The translations under genes and the position numbers were made by a program. The notes below the pieces were generated by a model that had not been told where the DNA came from, did no database searches, and was given only the letters and a program-made list of their open reading frames with translations. A DNA stretch of 64,000 nucleotides from Magallana gigas (lineage: Eukaryota), in contig NC_088853.1 in NCBI RefSeq assembly GCF_963853765.1, positions 28,458,001 to 28,522,000 on the forward strand, written 5' to 3'. Positions within the stretch are counted from its first letter, which is position 1; every line of letters starts with the position of its first letter. Positions 36,447 to 47,500 of the stretch are shown here, in pieces.

Positions 36447-37616
36447 AATGCACATTTCATTTATTGAAGTAGTTTTGTCGTTGATATCATCTGTCAAAAA
36501 ATAAATCACGTATATATTTAATCAAACTTTTATTCTCCTTACCGTCTTTTCTATAATACAGTGTCACGTTATTTATGCTGTAAGGTTTACCAAGATCCAC
36601 CTGAAACCAAGCGACTGTTTGATTTACGTCAGTATGAGAACAATAACGATCAGTTGTACGTATATCACCGTCAACTGCCAACGCTGCTTTGTGATTTACG
36701 AACGTTGAACTCTGTAATACTGTCGTCGAATTTTTTCTACAGAGGTTTTCTGTAAGTAAACTAAATTGTATTATCTGGTTTTTTTAGCAAAATTTACCAA
36801 ATAACGGTTACAAAACTAGATAAAAAATTAACACCATACTTATTTAGAGATATGCAATCTTTAATAATTAATCTTCTGAATAAATTTTAACGTTTAAGAT
36901 GGCAAGTAAATATATATAAACGTGTGGAAGAGATAGCTGTTCAAAATTATTAATTAGCCCGTTAAACGCTAAAAATGGTATACTGTGGAATCATTAATTT
37001 TCGTGGGGGCCAATTTTCGTGGATTGCTTAAATTTTATAGGTTTGTGGGGACGTAATTTCGTGCATTTTCTTATACCTACAAAATGAAATATTAATTTAT
37101 AACCCTAATATATTATTCGTGGAGGATGTTAATTTGTGAATGAGAGGTATCCACGAAATCCACGAAAATTGAGCCACCACGAAATCTAATGATTCCACAG
37201 TATAGAAAAATGTATATATATAAATGATCTATTTCGCCACTTTTATATTTTTACACAGTCACAGTCAAATAACAGCTTGTGATTCTTAATTGAAAGAAAC
37301 ACTTAATCGATAATTTAGCTTGGGCATTAAAATAACCAAGTGGAAACTGTTTAAACAAAATTCACATTCTTTGGTTCTTTAAAACTCTGGTTCTGTTTAG
37401 GATTTTATATATTATATGTATAAATACTGTGAGAGATCATTATCAGAAAAAACGCACTTTTGTCTTATATTATCTTTTTCAGAAAACTTAAGCATTGAAG
37501 TGTTCATGAAGTATTTTTTTTTTCAATTTTAGGTAATTGCATACTAATGTTTACATACCATAACAATGATAAAACTCCAAGAAAGACAATGCTAATATCA
37601 CTACTGATGTCTTCAT
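32868..37616 (-). CDS. Gene C: paralogue of gene B, signal + F-type lectin + EGF repeats + TM + cytoplasmic tail, 572 aa
   Basis: Nine exons in frame: 37616-37559 (MKTSVVILALSFLEFYHCY), 36749-36543, 36256-35993, 35903-35823, 35372-34983, 34511-34293, 33885-33748 (donor falls in the N gap), 33368-33272 (TM ILFVVTGLLGLSLVLNLFFIL), 33132-32868. Exon 2-8 sizes are identical to gene B. Confidence 0.88.
33500..33747. other. Assembly gap (N run) in intron 7 of gene C
   Basis: Run of n. Confidence 1.
36355..36445. repeat. (GA)n microsatellite in intron 2 of gene C
   Basis: Direct inspection; explains the LSLSLS ORF. Confidence 0.98.
36983..37200. mobile_element. Tc1/mariner-type MITE (~218 bp) in intron 1 of gene C
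   Basis: TIRs CTGTGGAATCATTA / TAATGATTCCACAG flanked by TA on both sides (36981-82, 37201-02); internal TTCGTGG/CCACGAA repeats. Confidence 0.8.
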
Positions 37617-37665
37617 TTTGATTGATATTTTTCAGATATCTCGAGGTAAAAAGTGTACATTATAT

Positions 37666-37952
37666 GTCACCTGTGCAGGAAATAAATAATATTGAAGCAC
37701 AAAGCCTATTTGAGCATAGAGAAAGGAAAACAGGAACATATTAAAATAATCATTAATTTAAACGGATTTACACGGATATATTTCAAACCGGAAATGCTAT
37801 CACTAAAAGCCTAACACAAAATAGGACAATTATTTTTTGTTCAGAATTGTTACATATGAAAGTATATATGAACTTGTTTTTAATGTTTTCAATTTTAAAT
37901 TGCGCTTTACTTTAAATAAATCAACGCAACGCACTTTTCTGAAACCGAAACT
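37666..37952 (-). promoter_or_regulatory. Putative promoter of gene C: ISRE GAAACCGAAACT (37941-37952), ETS core CCGGAA (37788-37793), GTCACCTGT (37666-37674)
   Basis: Same motifs and order as upstream of B and E. Confidence 0.55.
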
Positions 37953-38271
37953 TAAACTATTTTGTCGATAAAAACTGTCGACAATATATTTTTCTAACAT
38001 AACTATTTTGCCGTATTTTTGAATCTGATATTGTAATGAGATATTTTTTTAAGCATAGATGTACATGTATACAAGGATAAATCAACCAAATAATAATCCT
38101 CATAATAAAAACTAAACCTGCAAAATGTTAAGCTTCTCCGTACGTTGTCGAAACGCATCAAGGTCTACAATATAAACATCAATTTGATGTATAGAAAGTT
38201 TTAGTTTCGTTTGGCTTTATTTATTAGAAATAGCTACCCTATTACGCTAATTGACGTGAAAGAGCATATTT

Positions 38272-38580
38272 GTTGGATGGGGTATATCGGAACAAAAAAC
38301 ATTTGAAGAACTAAAGCATCATATTGCTGACACCGAAAGGTCAGCATACTATGACGAATTTGTGCCAATGATATTCCCATTGCAATAGGGGCGGTTCTTG
38401 TGCAAGAGCAAAATGATTAAGTTCCTGTCAACTTCTATTGCTGTCGTTACTATCAGACAAAGAAAGAGTCATTGACCTGTGCATGAACATGTGACATATT
38501 TCATGTTTATCTTTATGGCATAGAATTTGATCATGCTGATCTAAAGCCGCCCGAGTGTTCTTATCCATCAAAGTCCCCAC
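38272..38580 (+). mobile_element. Decayed Ty3/Gypsy pol fragment (RT connection/RNase H region)
   Basis: Frameshifted translation VGWGISEQKTFEELKHHIA...AYYD / GAVLVQEQ...RYYQTKKESL...FHVYLYGIEFD..D.KP resembles the Gypsy RNase H motifs GAVLxQ, RYSQxEKEAL, FHxYLYGxxF, TDHKPL. Confidence 0.75.
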
Positions 38581-41500
38581 TGTTTATGTTGAATATCTCT
38601 ACGATATAGAGGTTGAGCTCCTCATTATGTACAAGCCATTCGAATGTACTTATTGGTTCAACTAGAAAGCGCAGTTATAATGAAACTGTTTAAAGAATAA
38701 AAAAAAAACATATATAAGATGTATTTGTATACACATGTTTATTATATTTTACAGGATTAAGATGAATGTTGCATCGCTTAAACAAACGAAACTGCCCATT
38801 AATGATTGTAACAAATTGACATAAACAGTTTAACAATTTTAATGTTTAAAATATCTTATGTAATTGGGCCGAAGAACATGAAAGAAGAATCCTATAAAAT
38901 TAAACAAGTTCCCGCTTTTCATTCTCCTAAAAGTTTCCAAAGTTCTTGAAATCTTACATTTTTTGACCATATTACTTAGAGACTTCGGGTCACTTTGGAT
39001 GGAGCGTTCACTTTGGCAAATCAAAATAACATGAAGATCAAAGGTCATTTTCGTGTGTTGGTGGTTTAATATTTCTTCTGGTTACATGTAAGATGGTAAA
39101 GAAAAACCTTTTTACTGACTTCTAAGAGAATATTTAAATACATGTATAGCCCTTCAGTCCTAAGATGTTTCGAATTGTTAACGATCTGTTCGCCTTGTGC
39201 ATTTGTTAACAATGCTTGTTATCGCTGCGTGCTAAATCACAAGATAAAGTGACCTAAAACTTTTACGAATGTAAAAATATAATTAAAGCATTCTTTAATT
39301 CAATTATACCAAAATGATCTGAGACACCTTCTTTCAATACTTGCTCCTAAAAGATTCTAAATTTCAATAAAAACACGTAACGTTTGAACCATACATCATA
39401 GATATCTCGGACTACTTTAGATGAAGCGTCCTTATTAGCAGATCGAAAAGACAACATAGTAAAAAGAAAATTAATTTTTATACATTTTATTTCTCTCAAA
39501 ATACAAAGGGAAAGCATTATATTTATTACATTGAAACAAACATTGGTTAAAGCGTTTGCTTAGTGTTTGATAACAATAAGCGAACTAGTTTGTCCATGTT
39601 TTATACACCTATGTATATGATAAAACTCTGAATTCAGTAGACAAAAAGTTCATAATACAGATTCATTGGTTGTAGTAAACATGTCCCTCCGTTCGAGACC
39701 GCAAAAACTCCATCAAAACATCGTGGATTAATATGTACTCCTCCTGTATTAAATATATGAATGTTAAATTAATGTCAAATGTCAAAAGGAAAGGGTCAAC
39801 GTGTATTTATCATAAGCATTCATCTATTTTATGTTACACTGTAGAATCAAGCAACAAAGGAAAATTGGTAAATCCCCATCTGTTAAAGTAAATTTTTTTC
39901 AGATTCATTTAATGCATCAAAGCAATCGATTTAGTTTTAGTTTTTTCTTTTCAATTTAAAAACATTAATACTAACTATGGTAGATTGATATTCAGATGAT
40001 GAACGACGGTGGGTGCGCGTGTCTACTTACCATAGTTGAGCACAGTTCAGGACGTCGTGTTTGTAGGAGTCTGACCACAGAGAACACGTCTATCTTCTCG
40101 TCCATTGTCATTTGTTGTATCAGGTTGTATACAGCACAGAACACACCACACAGAGCGGCTCCATCCCTTACAGTAAGATTAAGCACAATGTTTCAATGAT
40201 ACTAGAATTGCAACATAGCAATATACATTTAATATTTTTAAGGTGATATAAAAATTATATATGATTTGTATAATGTTCCACAAAATTTATTATTATACTT
40301 CTATTGACTAAATAGAAAATGCATACAATACATTTTTGAATAAAGTTGCTTGACACACTCATAAAATAATTGATGGATACATAATGTATATGTTTTTAAT
40401 AGTATTTCTAGCGTAAAAATCATGCCTACTATCCTATTAATTGTACATGATTTGATTTTCATCTTTTTTTCTTTAGAAAAACTGAATTAGTATTATCTTG
40501 GCTGCAAATAATTGTAATGAGCTTTATAACTATACAATAATAAAAATAACGAAAAAGTCAAGGGAGTTTGGAAAAAGCTTTTATTTTTTTTTTTTAATGA
40601 AGGAATTAAGAGGATGAAATTATTTAGAATGACATATATCGAAATAAAAACATAAAGTTTACAAAATGTCTTCAATCATACAGAAGGATTATCATACAAT
40701 TTTATCTAAAGAGCTTTAAGGTTAGTGTTCGGAAAATAACGCAGACCTTTTTTTTCTTTTGATTTCTTTTGTAACTGTAATTTTTTTTAACATTTATGAA
40801 AAAAAAAATTGTAGCACAGTTTAACTTATTAAACGAACCATTCCTATATTTTTTTTATTAATATAAGCATACAACTGAGAACCGTCAGTGTCATAACTAA
40901 GTCCCAGTCAAGCGGTACATGTGCATATAATATTCCACTTCAAGAAATACAAACGTTAATTACATTCCGTTTGTAGTTTTTTTCTTAATTTTGCATGCAT
41001 ATCTTTATTCCAGAAACAAATACCCTCTTAAATTGATATTTATCCTTGTTATCAAATCATAAGATAAAAAAGATGCAAGCAGTAGTAATACCTGCTGATT
41101 ACAATAATCGGACCCTCTGTCTCTGTGTTCTGTACAAACGACACCAATCCCACGATTTGAGAAATTGCCCGAGGGTCACCAGGGTCGAGACTAAATATTG
41201 GCTCAACCAGGTCAGCCGACCAGGTTTGATCCCCATTCTGGTTCAAAACAATAATTGAAAACAGTATCTTAAAAGAACACATTGTGTTTTCATAACTATC
41301 ATTCTTGTTTAGATTTTAAGTGTAATTGCTAAAAAAAAAAAAGGACCAAAATATGTACTCACAGCTTTTTTCGTTATTATAACCTGGCAACATTTAATTT
41401 CTGTTATACCTTCTTGCTGTAGTTGAATTGTAAACGGATATATAGTTTCAAATCTAGATGTTATACCAGGCATCCATTTGTTTTCCTGTAACATATGTGC

Positions 41501-42524
41501 ATACTTATAATATTTAGATTTAGGTGTTAATCAGATAATATGAATGCACCTATATTCATATTTCAATTATGCAGATACAACGATAATAGTTGTATTGGGA
41601 ATGTAAGAATCGTACAGATTCAGCACTGGAGAGCGGTTCCATGGATACGACTACTTTTGAGTCATGATCAGTGATCAGTCGCAGGAAATCTACGGCGTTA
41701 TCTGTTGTCTGGTAATGGGTGACTATAAACGCATTTGGATTGGTGAAAGACTAAAGATAAAACAAAATAATTGATAGAACAGTTCGTGTTTGGATGTGAT
41801 GAATTGTAGAAAGTCTTCAACTTCATTTTGGAATTTACATACTTACGGACAGAGATATTGCGTTGATGTAAGTCCCGCGCTTTGGAACATACGACGTCAG
41901 GAATAACACATATTTGTCAACTAAAATTTGATCACAGTGAATTAGGAGAAATTGATAGATATAAAATAGAAAAAAAAGCATGCACATTTTCGATTGATTT
42001 TTAAATAAACAAAAATAAACAATAAAAGAAAAATTGCATGATCAAATTCACATGCCATGTGGACACATTTCTATTATTTTTAATTGAAATTGACGAGAAA
42101 GTTTAGATAATTTGACCTAAACGCTTTTTTTTACAAGTGTTCAATTATTTCTCATTTCAGCATTAGGTGAAAGTATAAATAAACTAAACAGCCATATAAA
42201 ACACCTCTTTATCTAGGGTTTCTTAAAATATGACTGAATGTGAACTATTTCCGAACGATGTTATTCTATTATTTTATCATATCTTATGTTATTACTTCGT
42301 CATTATTTGAACATACTAAAATCTAGCATGGATGATGATGTTTAAATATAAAAAAAGATAGTGTTGATGAAATTTTGACATTAACTCCGTCCATTTTTAT
42401 TCTTTATCAATCACTTTCCATTATCTAAGGAGGGGGATTTCGACTTTTATTTTTGGTTTGTATTGAGTTGAACTTGAAGAAATTTCCTTATAAAATTAAA
42501 TCTTGGTCAAAGTATGTTTAACTA

Positions 42525-42660
42525 GGATCAGTGGCTCTGGAATTAAAAAAAAAACATACTATTTTTTTTAAATGTTTTACCTAGGATGCAGCCGCTGACA
42601 ACAACAGAAACATTTTATCAGAAAAGGCTAACTTGAGTTTTTGGCTCTGATGAGCTTCAA
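42525..42660 (-). mobile_element. Degenerate Helentron/Helitron-N2-like terminal fragment in a gene D intron
   Basis: ATCAGAAAAGGCTAACTTGAGTTTTTGGCTCTGATGAGC resembles the 20660-20700 terminal motif. Confidence 0.45.
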
Positions 42661-44269
42661 GAAGCTTTCAAAAATTATGTATTGTTTGAAAATGCAATCA
42701 ACATGAAACGAATTGTACAGACCAACAAGAAATACAAAGTTGAGTTTACATACGAGGTTTGATGGTGGACGATATATCTTTGTGTTGTGCGGCCATTTTG
42801 TAATCTTTCTCCGTGTATTTTGGGCAAATTGACACAAGTCTCTATTTATGAAGAACTCAGAATTATATGCATTTACATGTTGACACATATTTAATGAATG
42901 TTTTCTGCATTCAGTTTTTAGATATATTTAATGTGCAGGATGTGCTTAAAACAAACATTGTAAAATGTTTCTTCATTTGAAGCTTGGTTAAAATGTCAAT
43001 AGTTTAAAAAATTAAATATCATATTTTATTATTCTGTACAGGAATTTGACTGCTCATTCCTGAGAACTTATTCAATTAAGATATTTTGACACCAAAAATA
43101 CCATTAACCTTGAAATCTTTCCTAAGTAATGAAACATTAGTTTGTTTGTCTTTGTGCATAGTCTTTAGTTTTGAAAGGAACTCTGTTGTATCATAAACGG
43201 CAACTGGCGCCTTAATCGCTTCATGAAGAGTCAAGAAGATTGCCTTGTATTGTTCCTAAAACAAAGTTTATATATTTGTGATTCATATAACTCAATGGTT
43301 TTGTTTTCGTACATGTAGGTGCTTAAAGTACATTTGAATTATTATATTGGTGTCATGGAGAAAGCTATACATGTAGGTGCTTAAACTACACTTGAATTAT
43401 TATATTGGTACCATTGTATTGTCTATTGAGAAAGCTATACACGTTAGTTAACCGATCTAATGTTAACCAGAATTACATGTAATTATTTTGTTTATGTACA
43501 GGCACACAATGTTTATTTTCAACATAAATAAATTGATACGCTTTACAAACGGATTACTAAGGTATTGTAAATTATATTTACGTATGTCTGGACCATATTC
43601 ATTCTTTTTTCTCGCATTTTTTCTACATATTCGGCAATGTTTATCTTCTTCTGTTTACATTCTTCGTACAGGGCGTCTATAGCTATATAGGTTCCTGTCC
43701 TTCCGATCCCGGCACTTTTAGGTCCACATAAAATAATGAGATTTCTTCTTAGAAATAATAATTCTGGAATCATTGGTTTCAAAATATTCTAATACTAAAA
43801 GCTACTCCTATTAATTGCCCATTTAGTCAACAATTTTGAATTATATCATTTCCCCCCTCAGACATTGAATAAAGAATTACCGATACTATTACTTTTTATA
43901 ATATTTATAAGATGGTTTTCTTATCTATTAATAACAAACTTGCTGCTGCATTTGACTGATAAAAAAAACCCACATGTTATCCAAATTTTGATTTTTAAAT
44001 CACATAAAGTACATGTTATTTCAATAGATAAATTAGAACAGGCATAACCATATAAAATAATTTTATCAAATTTTAAAAGATTTTCAACTCAAGTTAACCC
44101 TACTACTTTATTTTTACCAATGGCCGATTTTAGGGAATACTCACGCAACGAAAATAGACTATCAGGAACAAATGACTCCCAAACATATGACAACACGACA
44201 TTTTTGTTCTTAGAAACATGCTTCTTCTTGGACATTGTAAACGGATATGTTTGGTTTAGATTGCAAATT

Positions 44270-44580
44270 AATTCGTTATCCATGTCCATTAAAGGGTGTA
44301 CAGACATTTACATCGGTTTGTTTTCCATACACCCTGAGGCCGTACCCGGGGTATATTCCCGTACACCCTTGATTAGACATGGATACCGAATATTTTGGCT
44401 ATGTTAACCAAAATTACCGATTATCATGTCCAATCAAGGGCATATAACACTAAAATAGAATGAAAGAAGTCAAAAAGACAAAGCATTGTTTTTTTTACCT
44501 CTGCCTCCGGTCGGGTGTACGAGAATTTACACTCGGCATGTTCGCCAGTTAAATCTCGTGTTACAAGGCTCTACAGGAAT
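44270..44580. mobile_element. Unclassified intronic repeat with internal inverted repeats
   Basis: ATCCATGTCCATTAAAGGGTGTAC (~44278) inverted vs GTACACCCTTGATTAGACATGGAT (~44361); third partial copy ~44423; further GGGTGTAC at ~44514; GC-richer than the intron. Confidence 0.45.
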
Positions 44581-47500
44581 AATAGTTTTGGTATATTATT
44601 GTGGATCATAAAACTACGAAGCCAGTATCTTCTCAACATTGCTATTGGGCTTTTACCTGTATTTATCATTAATTGAAACATACCTGCAGTGAACTAATAC
44701 AGGAATTTTCTGAGTTGCATTTTTGGTTCTTGTAACGTGGTTTTTAAATAATAAAAGACAAAGCGGTTCAGGTATGCCGTGATCCGGCCAGGCAGTGTAA
44801 TGATACTGGGTGACCGTTCTACATTTGTTGTCCTAAAATTAACAAAACATGCTATTGTATGTTCGACTTGAAACTCACATGTATATTTAAAAAAATGCAT
44901 TAGCTTACAGGAACTCTTCGGTATCGTTGCAAGTACAAATTCAAATTCAGATGCCAACGTTTATGTTATTCTGAAGTGGGCTGAATGAGTATTTAAAAGC
45001 AACAATTAACGCCTTCGCACATGGTTTTATTGAATTTCATAAAAACCATGTCACTAAGTTTAACTTTTTTTTCCAAACAAAATTATCCTTTTACCGTAGC
45101 CTTATTTGACAATTCAAGAAACTTAAACATTGCGAAAGATAACCATTTTAAATCTATTTCGTAGTCTTAGAACATTTTTAAGACATTACCTTTTTGTGTA
45201 TTATTTTCAGCTAACGGATAACATAGTAGGCGTAGTGTCTTTCATCAGTTGTATTTAATGTAAAACTGTCACAATCCATAGAAGTCTCTAGGGCTGGCCA
45301 ATAATGGAAACATTTTGCCTGAAGACAAGTAGGACAAAAAGTAGTAATTACACAAAGGTTCTCACGCGAATTCGTAAACACGTATTCCTTTAAAAGGAAT
45401 GACCGGCATGTAATATCAATGGTCAGCTCTGTTTTTGTAATGCAAATGTAGTAAGGTACATGCAATAATTATGATCAAAAAGAGAAAATGCACCGTTTTG
45501 TTATTTCCAAAATATCAGTGCGTGGATAAGCTTTACTTTTAGTAAGCGAGTTATATTCCCGATTAATATACTTACGCATATGTGAAGAAAAACGTGATTT
45601 TAATCATTATGCATGTAATAGTATAATGATCTACGTTCAAGGCAAACGCATAAGAGTAAATGGTATTTAGTAATCTTCGTGCAATTAAAGTTCTAAATGA
45701 TGTTTAATTGCATAGCAAATACAATAATGTGAGACACAACGCGTGCACAAATGGTATATTCGCCGGATGTCTCATATGGACTTAACTGTGACCGGTTGGA
45801 GGCGATCACATTAAAAAAACAATAGACAAACGAGAACAAAACAAAGATATAGCTATCATTATTCACCGTGTTTCCTTCCATGAGATTTGTTAACATTATG
45901 ATTTGTTCTATGTGCTTCTGCCAAACCATGCACCAAAAATCTGCCACCGTGTTTTGTTTAGGTCCTGGAAGAAGAGTTGGAAAACAATGAAATACTACGT
46001 TTACAGTTCCGAATATTTTTATTTGGTGGGGGGGGGGGTGGGGTGGGGATGGGGGGGTTAATCATATAATACACACACATACAATGTATGATCATATTAC
46101 CTTGTGTCGCGATGTAGACATTGTCTTCTTTAAGACCCTTTGAAAACAATAAAACTATTTGTTATCAATCCAATTGTGCTTTTGATTGTTGTATTTATTT
46201 TAGTTAAATTTATAATTACGGTAAAAATACTTACGTCAATATAATTTGCGTTGACATAATCTGATTGCTTATTCTTTAGTTTAACTCTCGAATGGTCATC
46301 TGCAAGAATAATTTTTTATTACATTATGAATGGTATGGAAAAGGCAACCATAAAACATTGTTGTTAACATATAAAAAGTACGATTGATCCTGTTTTCGAT
46401 TCACAAATAGAAAAAAATTCATAAAACGGGCTATTCAATTAATACATGAAAGGACTTACAAGGAAAAGTCGTTTTAAATCTGTTCTTCTGGATATTTTCA
46501 GGTAGTTTTCCTATTATACAAGGATGTCGTTCTCCATAGGGCAATGTCTAGAAACAATTATACTGTATCGGTATCGTATTCTATCATAAATACAAAAAGT
46601 GACGGGATGTTGACTGTTACTAAGATGCTTAACAAAAAAATTCTTTAAAATAGTTCTTTCAATGGACAATAAATTTTGTTACATTAAATAAAAAATCTCA
46701 ATATTAAAATTTATATACATTTAGACAGTAAATAGTAAACAATATATATTTATAATGAAAACTAGAATAAATAAGACTGACCTATTACCATTTTGTTTTT
46801 TTTTTTAACATTGATAGGCGTGGGATAACAAGATGCAAACATTTCAACAATTGTTTTTTCAATGCGTTCAATTTGTTGGATATGTGCAAAAACGATATGT
46901 GCAATAGGTTTTCCGCAAAACATAAATACCCAAGCCACTTTAAGAATAAAAAATAAATGCTGCCCAAACAAAATCGATGTTACCCTAACATGATATGTGT
47001 AATTACTAATTAGAATCTAATTATGAAAGGAGAATCAATGACTGATTTTTAAAAAAAAATTCATCAAACAATTTTTATCGATACTCTTCTTATCCTTACC
47101 GCATACTCTTTCTTAAATCCATCGTCTTCATTTTTCAGTTTTTCTTCTATAACTTTTTTAAAGCTAGTTATATCAAATTTAGAAATAGTTTTATCGTTTA
47201 CACATAGATTTCCATAAGGGTTGTCCTCGTGTATTTTTTCATCGATGTCCATATCATCGTCTTTTAATTCAATACTCTGGACCGGTGTCTTTTCTGATTT
47301 CCTTTTAAGTTTTGTTGATGCTTTCCTTGATTTTGTGAAACCTCCTTGATCTTCTTTTCTGATATTCTGATACATGTTTGTAAGATCTGACATCGTGTTT
47401 TCATGAGCTACAATGTTGTTTTGAAGTAAGATAAAACTAGAAAGTATTCTTATACCATTGCCCACATAGTATTTACTGAATACTGAAATTATTAACAATA

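Noticed and set aside
36244-36453. ORF with poly-(LS)
   Set aside because: Translation of the (GA)n microsatellite
44089-44407. ORFs inside the gene D intron (44089.., 44120..)
   Set aside because: No PTP similarity; the frame of D is complete without them and they overlap a repeat insertion
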